Assembly (NCBI RefSeq): GCF_009914755.1
Contig: NC_060932.1
Direction: 5' to 3' (one strand)
DNA from: the human T2T-CHM13v2.0 reference genome, Homo sapiens
Length of the DNA: 64,000 bases
Positions 42,681 to 58,094 of this stretch are shown here, piece after piece. The notes beneath the pieces are model-generated. The model had not been told where the DNA came from. It saw nothing but the letters and a program-made list of their open reading frames with translations, and ran no database searches. Position numbers and translations under genes: made by a program. How positions within the stretch are numbered: position 1 is the stretch's first letter; each line of letters starts with the position of its first letter.

Positions 42681-45289
42681 AAAAGACCTACTGAATGGAA
42701 TTAGAAAAGTCACATGACTGATTCCACTTGACCCAACAGTTTTATTGGGTTCTTTCTGTGTGGCAGGCCAAGTGTAATCACCAGAGATTGAAGTTCTTGT
42801 GTTCATGGAACTCATCGTCCAATGCAGGAGACTGATAATTTTTAAAAATAGTTATTGTAATAAAGTATGACAAGAGTGATAATGAGAATGGAGCTGTCCT
42901 AGTGAAGAAGCCAAAGACATTCCATGGGAGTGGAGGGAAAGTCAGGCCTCAGTCACCAAAGCTGTATGTAATGAGTGAACCATGGCCCATGTGCCAAATA
43001 TAGCCTGAATAACTTCACTTTAGAGCCCTCAGCATATTTCCAGCATGAAGGATTAGAAAGCTGTGAATGTGTTGCCATTTTTAAAATAGCACAGATTTTG
43101 ACATTTCAATTTCTATACAATTCCAATGATCTCAATGATATTCTTCTGCTCAGTGAAGTAGGAAATGTAGATTACAAGAAAATATAGATTTCCTAGAGCA
43201 AGAGAAAATCATTTACCTTTGGCAAGAAAAAATCGTGATCAGTAAACATTTTTTCCTTACATGTCTTAATATGACAAATCTTGCTACACAGCCACTGCGG
43301 CAGATCAGTATGACCAGAGGCAATGCCACTGGGTGAGGGGAGGGGAGCCAGTGGCATGGGTGCAGGAAGACCGGAGTCAGAAGCATGTCAGCCTCATAGT
43401 CAGGCAAAGAGACTGTGACCTTATCTTTCAAGTATCTAGTATTCATTTAAGAATTTTTAAAAAAAGAATAAAATAATCTGATTTGTGTTTTAGAAAGGGC
43501 ATTCTGTTGGCTGAGGAATTTACAAGAACCACACACAGAACACACTGCAGAACAGAAAGTGAGGTCAAAGCAACACATTAACAATTTATGGAGGCAGGTC
43601 TGGGTTCAATGATAAGAAAGTTGAACAAACACAATTTGGTGACCCTGTGGACTGCGGCCAGTTGGAGGAAGAGGGCAGAATCTTGGGTGATCCTGAGTTT
43701 TCTGACACAGGTGACAGCAACAACATCCAATGGTAACATTTAATTTTTATTAGCCCCTCTATCCTAACCTCTAATGCTTGCAGTTCCCATCCTGATGGCA
43801 TGGTGCCACAACCATATCTGTACAGTCACTACTCTTTAAGGAGAAATCAAGCACTAGCCAATCTGAAGACAGAAAATCAACCTGAGGGGAACAGATGTTT
43901 CCAAAATAAAGGAGGGCATGCATATTTTTTAAAAGAATAATCTAACTACAAAAGCTAACTTCATTATTACTGCAAGAAAGCCAGGTGGATTAGATCTCCA
44001 GGAACAGCACCATCTTTATCCTTGAGCAGAAATCCTCGTAACCCACCAAGTTTCAGGGCCTTGCTTTACATTGCTGTAAATGAGGAAGTTCAGACATCTC
44101 TTGGCTGGATGGGCCCCAGCACGTCTCCCTTGCCACGCCATTAGGAATCGGGAATCGGCCTTTCAGACACTCCTGGCTGGGAATCACCCAACAGGCGCAC
44201 TCCTGGGGCTGCCTGTATGGGGCCCATCTGTTCAAACAGCAGGTTGCCAGCCCACAAGTCTCTTGGAGCCCAGCCACAGGTCAAGGATGAAGCCACACAG
44301 AGTCTTCTTGGGCATCTATTGAAGTGTGGGAGCTGCTCTGCAGCAGGAGGATCATCTGCCCAAGCAACCATGCTGTCAGCTTCTTCATGATTTCTTTCAG
44401 CTCTCTGCACTCAGCTCCAACTTATGGGCCATCTCAGACATCCAGATTTTTTTTTTTTTTTGCTTCATTTTGGGGATTAATATGTAAATCTACTGCAGAA
44501 CGTCTTTAAATATTTATGACCTGCATTTCACAACCTCTCTATTGATCAAACCAACGCAGGGCAAATCTTTCTATCCTCTTTTGACTCATTAGTTTACTTT
44601 GCTTGGGGAAGTGGTTGGTTATCTCTTCCACATGTGTACCAGTTAGTCTTATGGGTGATGCCCCAAGTAATGATATATTAAGAGGCTATTATCCGACTCT
44701 TTTTTTTTTCCCTAATAAGGTAACTGCTCCCTTAATTTCCCACCCCAGTGCGCCCTATGCTGAAGGAAGAGAAGACAGACCATGAGTATATTTACGAGAA
44801 AACCAAAACAACAGGGAAGTTTCTGGAAAGTTATGTCCTAGCAACTTTGATTCCGGTAATATAAGGAAATAACATAGAGAGGAGCATGGTTCTAAGAAAA
44901 CAGGATTTAGCCATTCTGAGAAGAATGACGTTCCACTGAGGCACAGTGTGGGCCGTCACTCAACTAGCACAGATTTAGCTTTTAACATCTCTGATAAATA
45001 CGAGCCTTCGGCACAGGTTCACTGCCACAGGGATGTCTCCTCGAGGTTCACAGGCTGCATATTCAATTTCCTGCCAAACAGCTAGTGGAGAAAGTCTAAT
45101 AAAGACTATATCAGACTCTGTGAAGTAGTAAAGAAATACTAAAGAAAGTCATGTCCTCCTAACCTCTCTGATAATAAAACCGAGCTTTTTATATTTTCCT
45201 TCGTGCAAAGACCAAACCAACACAACTGCGTTTGGATTGTCAATGGCTGATGAGCTAATCTCATATGTGGAAAAAAGTACTGTTTTTCT

Positions 45290-46629
<1,340 letters not shown>

Positions 46630-47440
46630 CTAAAAAACATGGCTATTAACTAGAGACAAACATTTACAAGTAAGTTTGACTTAAGAAAGTTAATTTAAAA
46701 TGAAAAAAAAAACACCTAAATATAAAATAAAGTTTAAAGTTGAACAAAACCTTCTAAGGAAGGTCATGAAAAGTCATTAAGACAAAGGCACAACTAATTA
46801 ATAGTACCACTAAACAATGCCAAGACAATCCCTCTTTCTTCCCTTCTTTTCTTTCTTCCATGATGCATACTTCTAAAAGCACTACCTTATGAACGTTTTT
46901 ACCATATCTTGTTATTTTTCAGAACACTTATCCTCAGCCCCGGCCAGCAGAGGGAGGAAGGCAAATGTGTGATTCTGTACATCCATAGAGGAAGTTTCAA
47001 AGGTTGCATTTCAAATCCCCACCATCTTAGGTGATCTAACTAAGCAGTCTCTTATTAATTCAGGTCTCCATTGAATTTATAACCTAAATTTGAATTGTTC
47101 ATAGGTAGAACCAATACAACCATAAGCATCTGAGGCAAAAGTAGACTCGTGCTGTTGCAAGTAGCAGCAAGGGCCCCTGATTAAGGTCTGTAATATAAGC
47201 CATCCCTCTCCATCCCCTCTTTACCTAGGCCACCCTGTAAAAGACAACTAGCCTTAAAAGCAGAGTCTGAGACTTTTTATTATTCAATTCTTTCTGTCAA
47301 CGTGTGCTATATTACAAAACTACAAGGATCTGACTGATGAGCATAAAACAATATCCAATACCAATTAGATTTGCTAATTATCATTGGTTCTCAAAAATCT
47401 CTTTCCAAGAAACACAAAAAGAAGTCCAGAGAAAGACAAC

Positions 47441-47488
47441 TATTAAATTATTTGAATATTAAATTATTTGAATATTAAATCATTTAAA
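47441..47488 (+). repeat. 16-bp AT-rich tandem repeat x3
   Basis: tattaaattatttgaa twice, then tattaaatcatttaaa. Confidence 0.85.
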
Positions 47489-48616
47489 ATATTTTTTAGT
47501 CAGTATCCACATGGGAATTTGGAGTGGTAAATGTAGTAAGTTCAAGGGGAATAAAGGAAACAGAAAAATTAAGTTTTACATGAGGAAAGTCCATGAAAGT
47601 ATAACACATTTTCTTTGCCTTTTTTACAAAAACCCCTCAAACAAGTCTTTGAAAATTTAGAAATAAATCAAAAGGTCAAAGAAATGAGAGGTTATGGGTG
47701 GGGGCCAAATTTCACTGGAGAATAACCCAAGAGAAAATCAAGGAAGAAGTCATTGAAGTCAGGAAGGGGAGCTGCTTCCAGATGGACATATCTTCCCATG
47801 CCAACACCGTAATTCTAAGGCTTCAAGTCAAAATGGACTAATTTCTTAACTATGATTAAACCATAGCTCACTAGGTGTGGTACACCACAGTCTAAAATGT
47901 GACTTCTCCCACTGAAAATACTCTTTGCTTTAACAAACAAGTAAAAGTTCTCATCTTCCCCATGGAAAACATGCCCTAGCAGAGTTACGTAAGTTCCTGT
48001 CTCAACTGTTCCAAATTGAAACACAAAAATTACACAAAATACAATAGTTAAATACATTTTACAGATTATATCTATATTTAGGCTCACATCAGAAGTCACA
48101 ATTTTATAGCTTCAATCATTATTCTTGCTGGAAAATTTGAAATTTATTTTCAGGCAGATCCTCCAGACTTAAACATAATCTATGTCTTCAAAGAGATCAG
48201 AGCCTCTATCTGTCCAAAGAATATTACTCAGTGATCCTAATACACTCAAAATAACTGAAATTGTTTAGTCAATTCTAACATAAAAAGAAATACCATGAAA
48301 GTTGCAGACAATAAGAAAATCTTTTCCCTTTAGTACAGGAGGGCAGCACAAAAGAGTAAACAGTCCAATTTGTTCAAAACACAAAGCAAGCTTAGTGTGG
48401 TAAAGAATGTACTGAAGATTTGTATCTAAGCTCTAAATCACTGCTACCAGTGTATGCTGTCATTACATTAGGATCAGTAGCAATACAAGGTATTTATTTC
48501 ATGAGAAACACTAGGTTTATGCTCTACATTATTTATCCTCATTTTACACATGAGCACAGACTGAGTTTAAGTTTCTTGCACAACATAAACTGTTCAATCT
48601 TTCAAATTTGAAACAT

Positions 48617-48922
48617 GGCCAGGCACGATGGCTCACACCTGTAATCCCAACACTCTGGGAGGCGGAAGTGAGCAGATCACTGAGCCCAGGAGTTTGAGAC
48701 CAGCCTGGGCAACATGGCAAAACCCCCTCCCTTCTAAAAATACAATTAGCCAGGCATGGTGGTGTGCGCCTGTGGTCCCAGCTACTTGGGAGGCTGAGGT
48801 GAAAGGATCAATTGAGCAAGGGAGGCAGAAGTTGCAGTGAGCCAAGCTCACGCCACTGCACTCCGCCCTGGGTGACAGAGCAAGACCCTGTCTCAAAAAC
48901 AACAATAATAGTAACAAAAAGG
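48617..48922 (+). mobile_element. AluJ SINE (within a probable antisense MIR)
   Basis: AluJ diagnostics and TSD aatttgaaac at 48605-48614 and 48923-48932. Confidence 0.93.
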
Positions 48923-49239
48923 AATTTGAAACCAGCTCTACTATCTCTTTGATTCAGGCTTTTAATACATAGACTATAAATGACACAAAACATCTTTCAT
49001 TGTTGATAGGTATGTGATCAAAGCATATGTTGTTTTGAGGAAATCTCTAGAAACCACAATTTTATCTTAATGAAGATGATAATATATTCAAAGTCACCAA
49101 ATCACACTTCTGTTTTTCAAGTAATATTCCAAAGCATCACTCTTTTTGGGGAAACAGCCACTTTCTTCTTATCACCTTCCACCCACCAATGGGAGGCAAC
49201 ATGTGTTAGCCTAGTATCCTGCGGAAAAATGCTTCACCA

Positions 49240-49506
49240 TGGGAGGCCGAGGTGGGCGGATCACTTGAGGTCAGGAGTTGGAGACCAACTTTGCCAAAAT
49301 GGTGAAACCCTGTTTCTGCTAAACAAAATACAAAAATTAGCTGGGGGTGGTGGTGTGTGTGCTTGTAATCCCAGCCACTTGGAAGGCTGAGGCTGGGGAA
49401 TCACTTGAATCCAGGAGGCGGAGGTTGCACTGAGCCAAGATGGTGCTACTGCCCTCCGGCCTGAGCAATAGAGCGAGACTCCGTCTCAAACAAACAAAAA
49501 AAAAAA
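49240..49506 (+). mobile_element. 5'-truncated AluS SINE
   Basis: Begins at tgggaggccgaggtgggcggatcacttgagg, with an A-rich tail and a degenerate TSD. Confidence 0.92.
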
Positions 49507-51283
49507 GGGTTTCACTAATAACTCTGTGACACAACTGAGGGATCACTCACATTCAAGCCTCGCAGATATGTTAAATAGACCAACAGGAACTTAGGTGCCC
49601 ACGTTCTCACATTTACAGTAACCCTTCATCAAAGAGAGCTGCTGATGCCTTAAATCTTGATTCGTATATTGTCTGACACTAAAAGAACCACGTGACTCCC
49701 AAACTAATCTCTAGTATCTAGGCATTGTCAATCATGCAAGAGCAATGAATTCTAAGCAAAGTCATCTGGGGTTTTTCCCTGGCTTTTCTATTAGCAAGCT
49801 GTGTGATCTCAAACAAAGCATTAACCTCTCTATTCTCCAGCTTTTCCATTTGTAACATAACAAGGCAAGATTAGACTTAACTTTATTTAAAGTTAAACAA
49901 ACAGACAATGAGCTGTAAGGTAGACATTAGGACCATCTGAGTGTACTTTCTAGAATAAAATTTTATGAAATCTACATACATCCAAATCTTATGATGTTTT
50001 ATGGTACATTGCATTTAAAGTATATTGTTAATGTTTAAGCTCTGAGACTTCTATTGTCTTTTTCTGGCTACAGAGAAGTTGAAACCAATAAACCATACAT
50101 CGTGATTCTATCTGAGTGGGTTCAGAGCCTCTCTGAAGGCTGGGCCAATAGGTGAGGCCATGTGCATAACTATGTTTATTAGAAATGAAAGGATGGATGC
50201 TAAGGGCTGGATACCTTCAGAGGCTGTGTCAGCAGAACCTGTGCTGCTGTCTGTACCTGCTGTGTTTCTGTGGTTTGTTCTGACTGTAACAGCACTTTTA
50301 TTTAATCATAGTTCCCTTTACTTCCCACTACCCCACTTAATCAATATAGTTTTTTGCTTAAGAATGAAAGAAAAGGTGAAAATAAATGAATTATCATTTC
50401 CTATCAGTAGTCATGCTTAGTTTCTCATTTAATAGGGGTTACGTTTACCTTCAGCAGAGGATTTTTGCAAGAATGAACTGTTATCACCTATTAAAGCACT
50501 TAGCACAGAATTGGCACATATTAGGTTCCCATCTTATCATTATTATTACCAATTATATCAGGGAGACAGATCAGAGCAGTAAATTCCAGTGCTACAACAC
50601 ACACACGCACACACGCACGCACGCATACTTCTTGTGTTTGGTGTCATTATGTTTTGGTCTTGGTGTCATAATGATTATTTAACAAATTCGTTGGGTGAGT
50701 GAGACCTCAGAGACAACAATCCATAGCACAGGGCACCCCAGCATGCTCATTAACTGTTCCCTCCCCAAGTGAAAATGGCAGCCATTTGTATGAGGCAGTA
50801 TGGTTCCCCTCACTTGCACATTAAATGATTCAACTTGTTCGTTATTTTAAGAAAACATGAGCTTTCTTCTGCTAGAAAAGCTAAGATGACTCTGAAAGCA
50901 AGTGAATGTGAGAGCTGAGAAGCTTCAAGAACTGAGTGCCTGGGGACTCTGATAATTGGAAGGTTATTTGATCTCTAACTCCATGCTCCCTCGACTATTA
51001 CTGAGTATCCTTCACAGGCTAGTGGTTTGGACAACCAGCTTTTGCAGTTTCCTCGGGGAACAGAACAGGGCTGACACAAAGAAGTACATTTAGAGGTGAA
51101 TAAAATTTCAGCTCCCAATTTCCTAAAATACTGCACAAAGGTACAAATTCAGGCCTGACATTGTCTGAAACAAATGTCATGCATTTCATTTCACCCTGAT
51201 CTACTTTAGTTCTTGGCCTTGTACACTTGATACAGCAATGAAAATAGCACTGGTTTCATCTTAGGCAACAAAGAGACCCTGGC

Positions 51284-51638
51284 TGCTGTGGACTTAATTG
51301 TGTCCCCCTAAAATTCTTATGTTGAAGCCCTAAACCCCCATCTGACTGCATTAGAGACAGGGCCTTCAGGGAGGTAATTAAGGTTAATCGAAGTCATAAT
51401 GGTGGAGCCCTGATCCAAGGAACTATTGCCGTTATAAGAAGAGGAAGAGGCCCAGATCTCTTGCTCTGCCATGTGAGGACACAAAGAGAAGGCGGCCGTC
51501 TGCAAGCCAAGAAGATTCTCACTATGCTGGCACCCTAATCTCAAACTCCCAGCCTCCAGAACGGTGAGAAATAAATTTTGGTCATTTAATCCACCAAGTC
51601 TGTGGTCTTTGTTATGGCAGCCCTCGCTGACTAAAACA
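51284..51638 (+). mobile_element. MaLR LTR, MLT1A-like
   Basis: tgctgtggacttaattgtgtcccc start, gccatgtgaggacaca, ccagcctccagaacggtgagaaataaattt and a gactaaaaca end. Confidence 0.88.
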
Positions 51639-51739
51639 CTGATTCAACTGGGAGGATCTTCTGGGCAGAGCAGGATGTAGGAACCTGCTCCCCGCTAGAC
51701 ACAACTCAAGGCCCATGACTTTCTCTGTGCCGACAGGAA

Positions 51740-51928
51740 ACACACAGATCCATTCACAGGCATACGCACATCCACACACATCCACACACAGGTCCACACA
51801 CATCCACACACACAGGTCCACACACATCCACACACAGGTTCACACACATCCACACACAGGTCCACACACATACCCACCCACACATAGGTCTTCACAGGTC
51901 CACACACATACCCACCCACACATAGGTC

Positions 51929-51967
<39 letters not shown>

Positions 51968-52128
51968 CCTGACACACACACAGGTCCACACACATACACA
52001 CAGGTCCACACACATACACAGGCCCACACACATACACACACAGGTCCACGCACATCCACACACACCGGTCCACGCACATCCACACACAGGTCCACACACA
52101 TACACACACACAGGTCCACACACATCCC

Positions 52129-52159
<31 letters not shown>

Positions 52160-52430
52160 CCACACACATCCACACACAGGCCCACACACATCCACACACA
52201 CAGGTCCACACACATCCACACACGCAGGTCCACACACATCCACATACACAGTTCCACACACAACCACACACAGGTCCACACACATCCACACACAGGTCCA
52301 TGCACATACACACACAGGTCCACACACATACACATACACAGTTCCACACACATCCACACACAAGTCCACACACATCCACACGCACGTCCACGCATCCACA
52401 CACAGGTCCACACACATGTGCACACACACA
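51740..52430. repeat. CA-rich minisatellite (~22-bp unit cacacacatccacacacaggtc, variable)
   Basis: Directly visible. Includes a perfect 38-bp internal duplication (51859-51896 = 51897-51934). Confidence 0.95.
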
Positions 52431-52568
52431 TTCTACTCTGCAACAGCCTTTGCTGATTATATTGTTGCTGTTTCAAAGCAGAAACCAATAAACACTAATA
52501 GATGCATCTCTCAGGAAAGTTATAGGTGAAGAAAGCTTTTTAGATTTTCACTTAAACATGGAGAAATA

Positions 52569-52912
<344 letters not shown>

Positions 52913-52966
52913 TTATTTTTATTTTCAAAAGATTCACTGGGTTTATTGGCTTACATATATTTAATA

Positions 52967-55712
52967 CAAGCATATATAGTGTGACAGGTCCCCACAGGGT
53001 TACTTAAGGATGTATGTCCAATGCCTGAACCCTGCAGGCCAGGCAGTGAGCCAAGGCCACAGTTCCCAGTCAAGGAGTAGATGTCCCTGAGAGCTCAAAC
53101 ATCTTGGAGAGTATCTGAGAACCTACCAAGGAAAACAGTGTCTTCACACACACATATTAAGCAAAGAGCCAGAAAATTAGATTAAAAGTAGCTTAGAGAC
53201 AGGGGTGATGCAGGTCCCTAGAGCATCCCTGCACCATCCAGGAGTGCCCTGTCTGTAAGTCTTAATAAACTCATCTATTCATCAAGCTGAACTTGTCTGA
53301 GTCATTCTTTGGTCTCTTGGCTCCTTCCTAGTTTCAAGGGAGACATTACAGTCCCAAGTTTTTCTCATAACAGCATAGTTTGGAGATATTGTGGGTTCCA
53401 TTCCAGGCCAACTCAATAAAGCAAGTATCACAATAAAATGAGTTAAATGAATTTTTTGGTTTTCCTGTACAAACATGTTACGTTTAGACTATACTATGGT
53501 CTTTTAAGTGTGCAATAGCACTGTGACTTTAAAAAGTACTTAAGTAAAACATACTTTACTGCTAAAACGTGCTAATGACCATCTGAGCCCTCAGCAAGTT
53601 CACAATAAATTTTGCTGGTGGAGAGTTTTGCCTCAGTGTTGATGGCTGCTGACTGATCAGGGTGGTAGTTGCTGAAAGCTTAGGTAGCTGTAACGATTCC
53701 TCAAAATAATTCAATAATGAAGTTTGGTGCATTGATTGACTCTTTCATGAAGAATTTCTCTGTATCATGCAATGCTGTCAGATAGTATTTTACCTACAGT
53801 AGAACTTCCTTCAGAATTGGAGTAAATTCTCTCAATCTTTGCTACTGCCTTATCAACTAAGTTGACGTAATATTCTAAATTGCTTTGTTTTCATTTCAAC
53901 AATGTTCACAGCATCTTCACTGACAGCAGATTCCATCTCAAAGAAGCCACTTTTTTTGCTCATCCATAAGAAGCAAGTCCTCATCCATTCATGTTTGATC
54001 ATGAGATTGCAGCAATTTAGTCACATCCTCAGGCTCCACTTCTAATTTTAGTTCTCTTGCTATTTTTACCACATCTGCAGTTATTTCTTCCACTGAAGTC
54101 TTGAAGCCCTCAAAGTCATCCATGAAAGTTGGAATCGACTTCTTCCAAACTCCTGTTAATGTTGATATTTTTATTATACCTTCTCTCATGGATCACGCCT
54201 GTTCTTAACATTATCTAAAATGGTAAATCCTTTCCAGAAACCTTTCAATTTACTTTTCCCAGGTCCCTCAGAGGAATCATTGTCTATGGCAGCTATACAC
54301 TTAAGAAATGTATTTCTGAAATTATAAGACTTGAAAGTCAAAATTACTCCTTGATCCATATGCTGCAAAGCAAATATTGTATTAGCAAGCATGAAACCAT
54401 TAATCTCCTTGTACATCTCCATCAGAGCTCTTGGGTGACCAGGTGCTTATCAATGAGTGGTAATATTTTGAAAGGAATCTTTTTTTCTGGGCAGTAGGTC
54501 TCAGCAGTGGGCTTTAAATACTCACTAAACCTTGCGGTAAAGAAATGTGCTGTCATCCAGGCTTTGTTGTTCCACTTCTAGAGCACAGGCAGAGTACATT
54601 TAACATAATTCTTGAGGACTCTAGGATCTTCAGAATGGTAAAAGAGATGTGGCTTCAACTTAAAGTCACCACTGCATTAGCCCCTAACAAGAGAGTCAAT
54701 CTGTCCTTCGAAGATTTGAAGGCAGGCATTGACTTCTCCTCTCTATCTATGAAAGTCCTAGATGGTATTTTCTTCCAGTAGAAATCTGGAACCACCTTCA
54801 TCAATTATCTTAGCTGGATCTTCTGGATAACTCGATGCTAAGCACTTGCACTTTTATGTTATAGAGATGGCTTTTTCTCTTCAACCTCATGAACCAATCT
54901 CTACTAGCTTCAAATTTTCTTCTCTAGCTTTCTCAAATCTCCCAGCCTTCATAGAATTGAAGAGAGAGGGTGTGGGCCTTACTCTGTGTTAGGCTTTGGC
55001 TTAAGGGAATGTTGTGGCTGATTTGCTCTTCTATGCAGATTTCTGCAACTTTCTTCATATTAGCAATAAGGCTGTTTCGCTTATTCATGTGTTCACTGGA
55101 GTAGCACTTTTAGTTTCCTTCAAGAACTTTTCCTTTGCATTCACAACTTGGCTGTTCGGCACAAGAGGCCTAGCTTTCAGCCTATCTCAGCTTTCCACAT
55201 GCCTTCCTCACTAAGCATAATCATTTCTAGCTTTTAATTTAAGGTGAGAGACATGCAACTCTTCCTTTCACTTGAGCACTTATGGGCCATTGTAGGGTTA
55301 TTAATTGGCCTAATTTCAATATCATGTCTTAAGGAATAGGAAGGCCTGAGAAGAGGGAAACAAATTAGGTAACAAATATCTGGTCAAGTAGTAAGAACAC
55401 ACAGGACATTTGTCAGTTAAGTTCACCATCCTATATGGACATGGTTCGTAGCACCCTAAAACAACTACAATAGCCGCATCAAAGACCACTGACCACAGAC
55501 CACCATGACAAATATGATAATAATGAAAAGGTTTGAAATATTGTGAGAATTACCAAATTGTGAGACTGAGACAGGAAGTGAGCACATGCTGTTAAGAAAA
55601 CAGAGCCAACAGACTTGCTGGAGGCAGGGTAGTGACAAACCTTCAACTTGTAAAAAATGCAATCGTCTGTGAAATGCAATAAAGTGAAGTGCAATAAAAC
55701 AAGGTATGCCTG
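52967..55712 (-). mobile_element. Near full-length Tigger1 DNA transposon (decayed transposase), LTR inserted in one TIR
   Basis: Termini caagcata|gcatagtttggagatattgtgggttcc and gcaataaaacaaggtatgcctg. Minus-strand ORF fragments (..[51 protein letters not shown]; ..[14 protein letters not shown]) match the Tigger1/TIGD1-type transposase. Confidence 0.95.
52975..53372 (+). mobile_element. ERVL-type solo LTR (LTR47-like) with 5-bp TSD GCATA
   Basis: gagagtatctgagaacctaccaaggaaaacag, poly(A) signal aataaactcatcta and a ..ctcataaca end. GCATA at 52970-52974 and 53373-53377. Confidence 0.8.
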
Positions 55713-56585
55713 CATACACACACACACACACACACACACCATCACACACATATACACAGATGCATACAGACACATATACATACCCACACATATACACTCA
55801 AACACACACACACACACATATATACATACATACACATGTACACATGTATACACACATACAAAAATAAATACACACATATACACACACATACATACACCCA
55901 CAAGTATATGCACATGTATAGACACATACACACAGAGATATAAATACACACACACAAACATATGCACACCCATATGCACACACATACATATATACACACA
56001 TATATCTACACACACATGCATACACACATATACATATATACACACATATAAACATAACATATATACACAGACACACACAAATACACAAACATACATACAT
56101 ACACATTTACATATATACCCATATACACACATATACACACATACAGACACAAATACATGTGCACACACATACACACACAAGTATATGCACATGTATACAC
56201 ACATATAAACATACATAAACACACACATGCATACACATACACACAGACACACATAGACATATATACACATAAATACACATACACTTATACATACTCATAC
56301 GCACACACATATACACACATACACACATATAAACACATACACACAAATGCATATACACACATATGCACACATACACACATATACACATACACTCACAAAT
56401 ATATACACATATACACACACTCATATACATACACAATATACTCCTATACATACACAATATACTCATATACATACACAATATACACACATATACAGACACA
56501 TACACACATACACAAATTCATATACACACATATACATACAGACACAGAGATGCACACACAGATACACACACATATACACACAGAG
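55713..56585. repeat. ~870-bp degenerate (CA/TA)n low-complexity array
   Basis: Directly visible, starting immediately at the Tigger1 terminus. Confidence 0.95.
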
Positions 56586-58094
56586 AGAAATTCTAATACA
56601 ATACTATCCAGGTTTCTTATAGAAAGCTTCCTAACATTGAACATTGTCTTTTTTTTCTCAAAATTGTATGATTACAAGTACATTCAGGATACCAGTTTCT
56701 ACATTAGATGATAAATTGTATGAATTATTATTAGCAATTCAGTTGCTAGCATTTACCATTTTTGCCTTCATATTTTTTCAATAATATTATATGTATATTA
56801 CAGGTGAAAATAAAAACTGATGGATGCAGGCGAATTTCAAACAGTGAGTCACTGGCCTCCTTCACCCAACCTGCATTATATACTTCTCTTTCAATTCAAT
56901 AGGTCTTCAGATATTGTTTTGAATAATTTGCAGTGACTATCACTTCAATACAGATTTAATGCATTATTCAATTATAATCATTTTCTCCTTGCCATAGAGG
57001 AGGGTGAGTTAGAAATTCCAGGGCTTAGCTTTCAGGCCAAAAAATTACAGAACTGTTCTTCCATTCTACTTTGCCTATACTAAGTGATCCTCTTGGTTTT
57101 GAGCCTTGGTAGCTAATTAAAGCAATTAGCATCATCTCTGCAGTCATATATTTCACACTGCATTCCACATTGCTGTAATTAAATCGATTACCAAAACAAT
57201 TGATTTACATTAGTGAGAATTCTCTTTTCCATTATAAATTTTTCTAATTCTTGCAAAACAAATTTTATCTCTGACAGTCTGATTGCTTTTCAATAAAGGG
57301 AAGTTGAGATACTCAACTATATCTTGATTTAAAAGCAAGGACAAGATTTTTCAGACATTTTCGAAATGCAGTCTCTTTGTTTAGAACCAAGTCCAGTGGT
57401 TCTTGGATGGGAAATCTTGAAGCCAGTGGTTCTCAGCTCAGACTGCCCATGAAATTCACCCAAGTGAATTTTTAAACTCCTGAAGCCTGAGCCCCATCCC
57501 AGCCATTAATCAACTTATTTTTTGTTACAACACTGAAAGTGAAAACACTGTATTAATTAAAAATTACTTATTTAAATATGTTTACAATACTAGAAAAATA
57601 AATGTTTTCCATCCAGGCTCACTTTTGAAACAACTTATTCTGGTTTTTATTTTTTCCCAATTTTTCAAATACAGAATGGTCAATTTGCATAATGTATCTG
57701 ATAAATATTGCAGAGGCACACCCTGTTATTTTATCCATTTGTCTTCTATAGTAAGCTGGATGAAGAAAGACTGACTTTTAGACTGACTTCAGAATGACTT
57801 GTTTGCTAGTTGGCATCGACTCTGCTACTTCCGTAAGTGATGGAATGCTGGAACTGAGAGCTGAAGTGGAAACGTGACTCTTCCACATCAGAGCCCTGGG
57901 AAATTTAGGGTAAGAATTGAATGAGAATAGAGGTAAAGGTTTCAGTAATAAACTCTGGCAATATGGTAGAGGGAAAAACTTATTTTAAATCCAAGTACAT
58001 AGCCATGCGAACAAACCTTGCAGTTTTCACTAGAACTTGCAGGTCAGAATCAACTAACACGCTCCCTTTTTCCAACAATCCTGTTCGAAAGATT

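Noticed and set aside
51740-52430. Repeat/spacer-like periodicity resembling a CRISPR array
   Set aside because: No unique spacers, low-complexity units, no cas genes and a primate genomic context.
51612-52491. Long Cys/Val- or His/Thr-rich ORFs (up to 244 aa), superficially metallothionein- or keratin-associated-like
   Set aside because: They are translations of the CA/TG minisatellite, which is open in several frames because it lacks stop codons.
53989-54422. TIGD1-like transposase ORFs as a domesticated gene
   Set aside because: Short fragments in different frames with stops inside a decayed Tigger1; no intact CDS.
55465-56711. Overlapping ORFs up to 263 aa (CVYM.. / HTHT..)
   Set aside because: Artefacts of the CA/TA low-complexity array.
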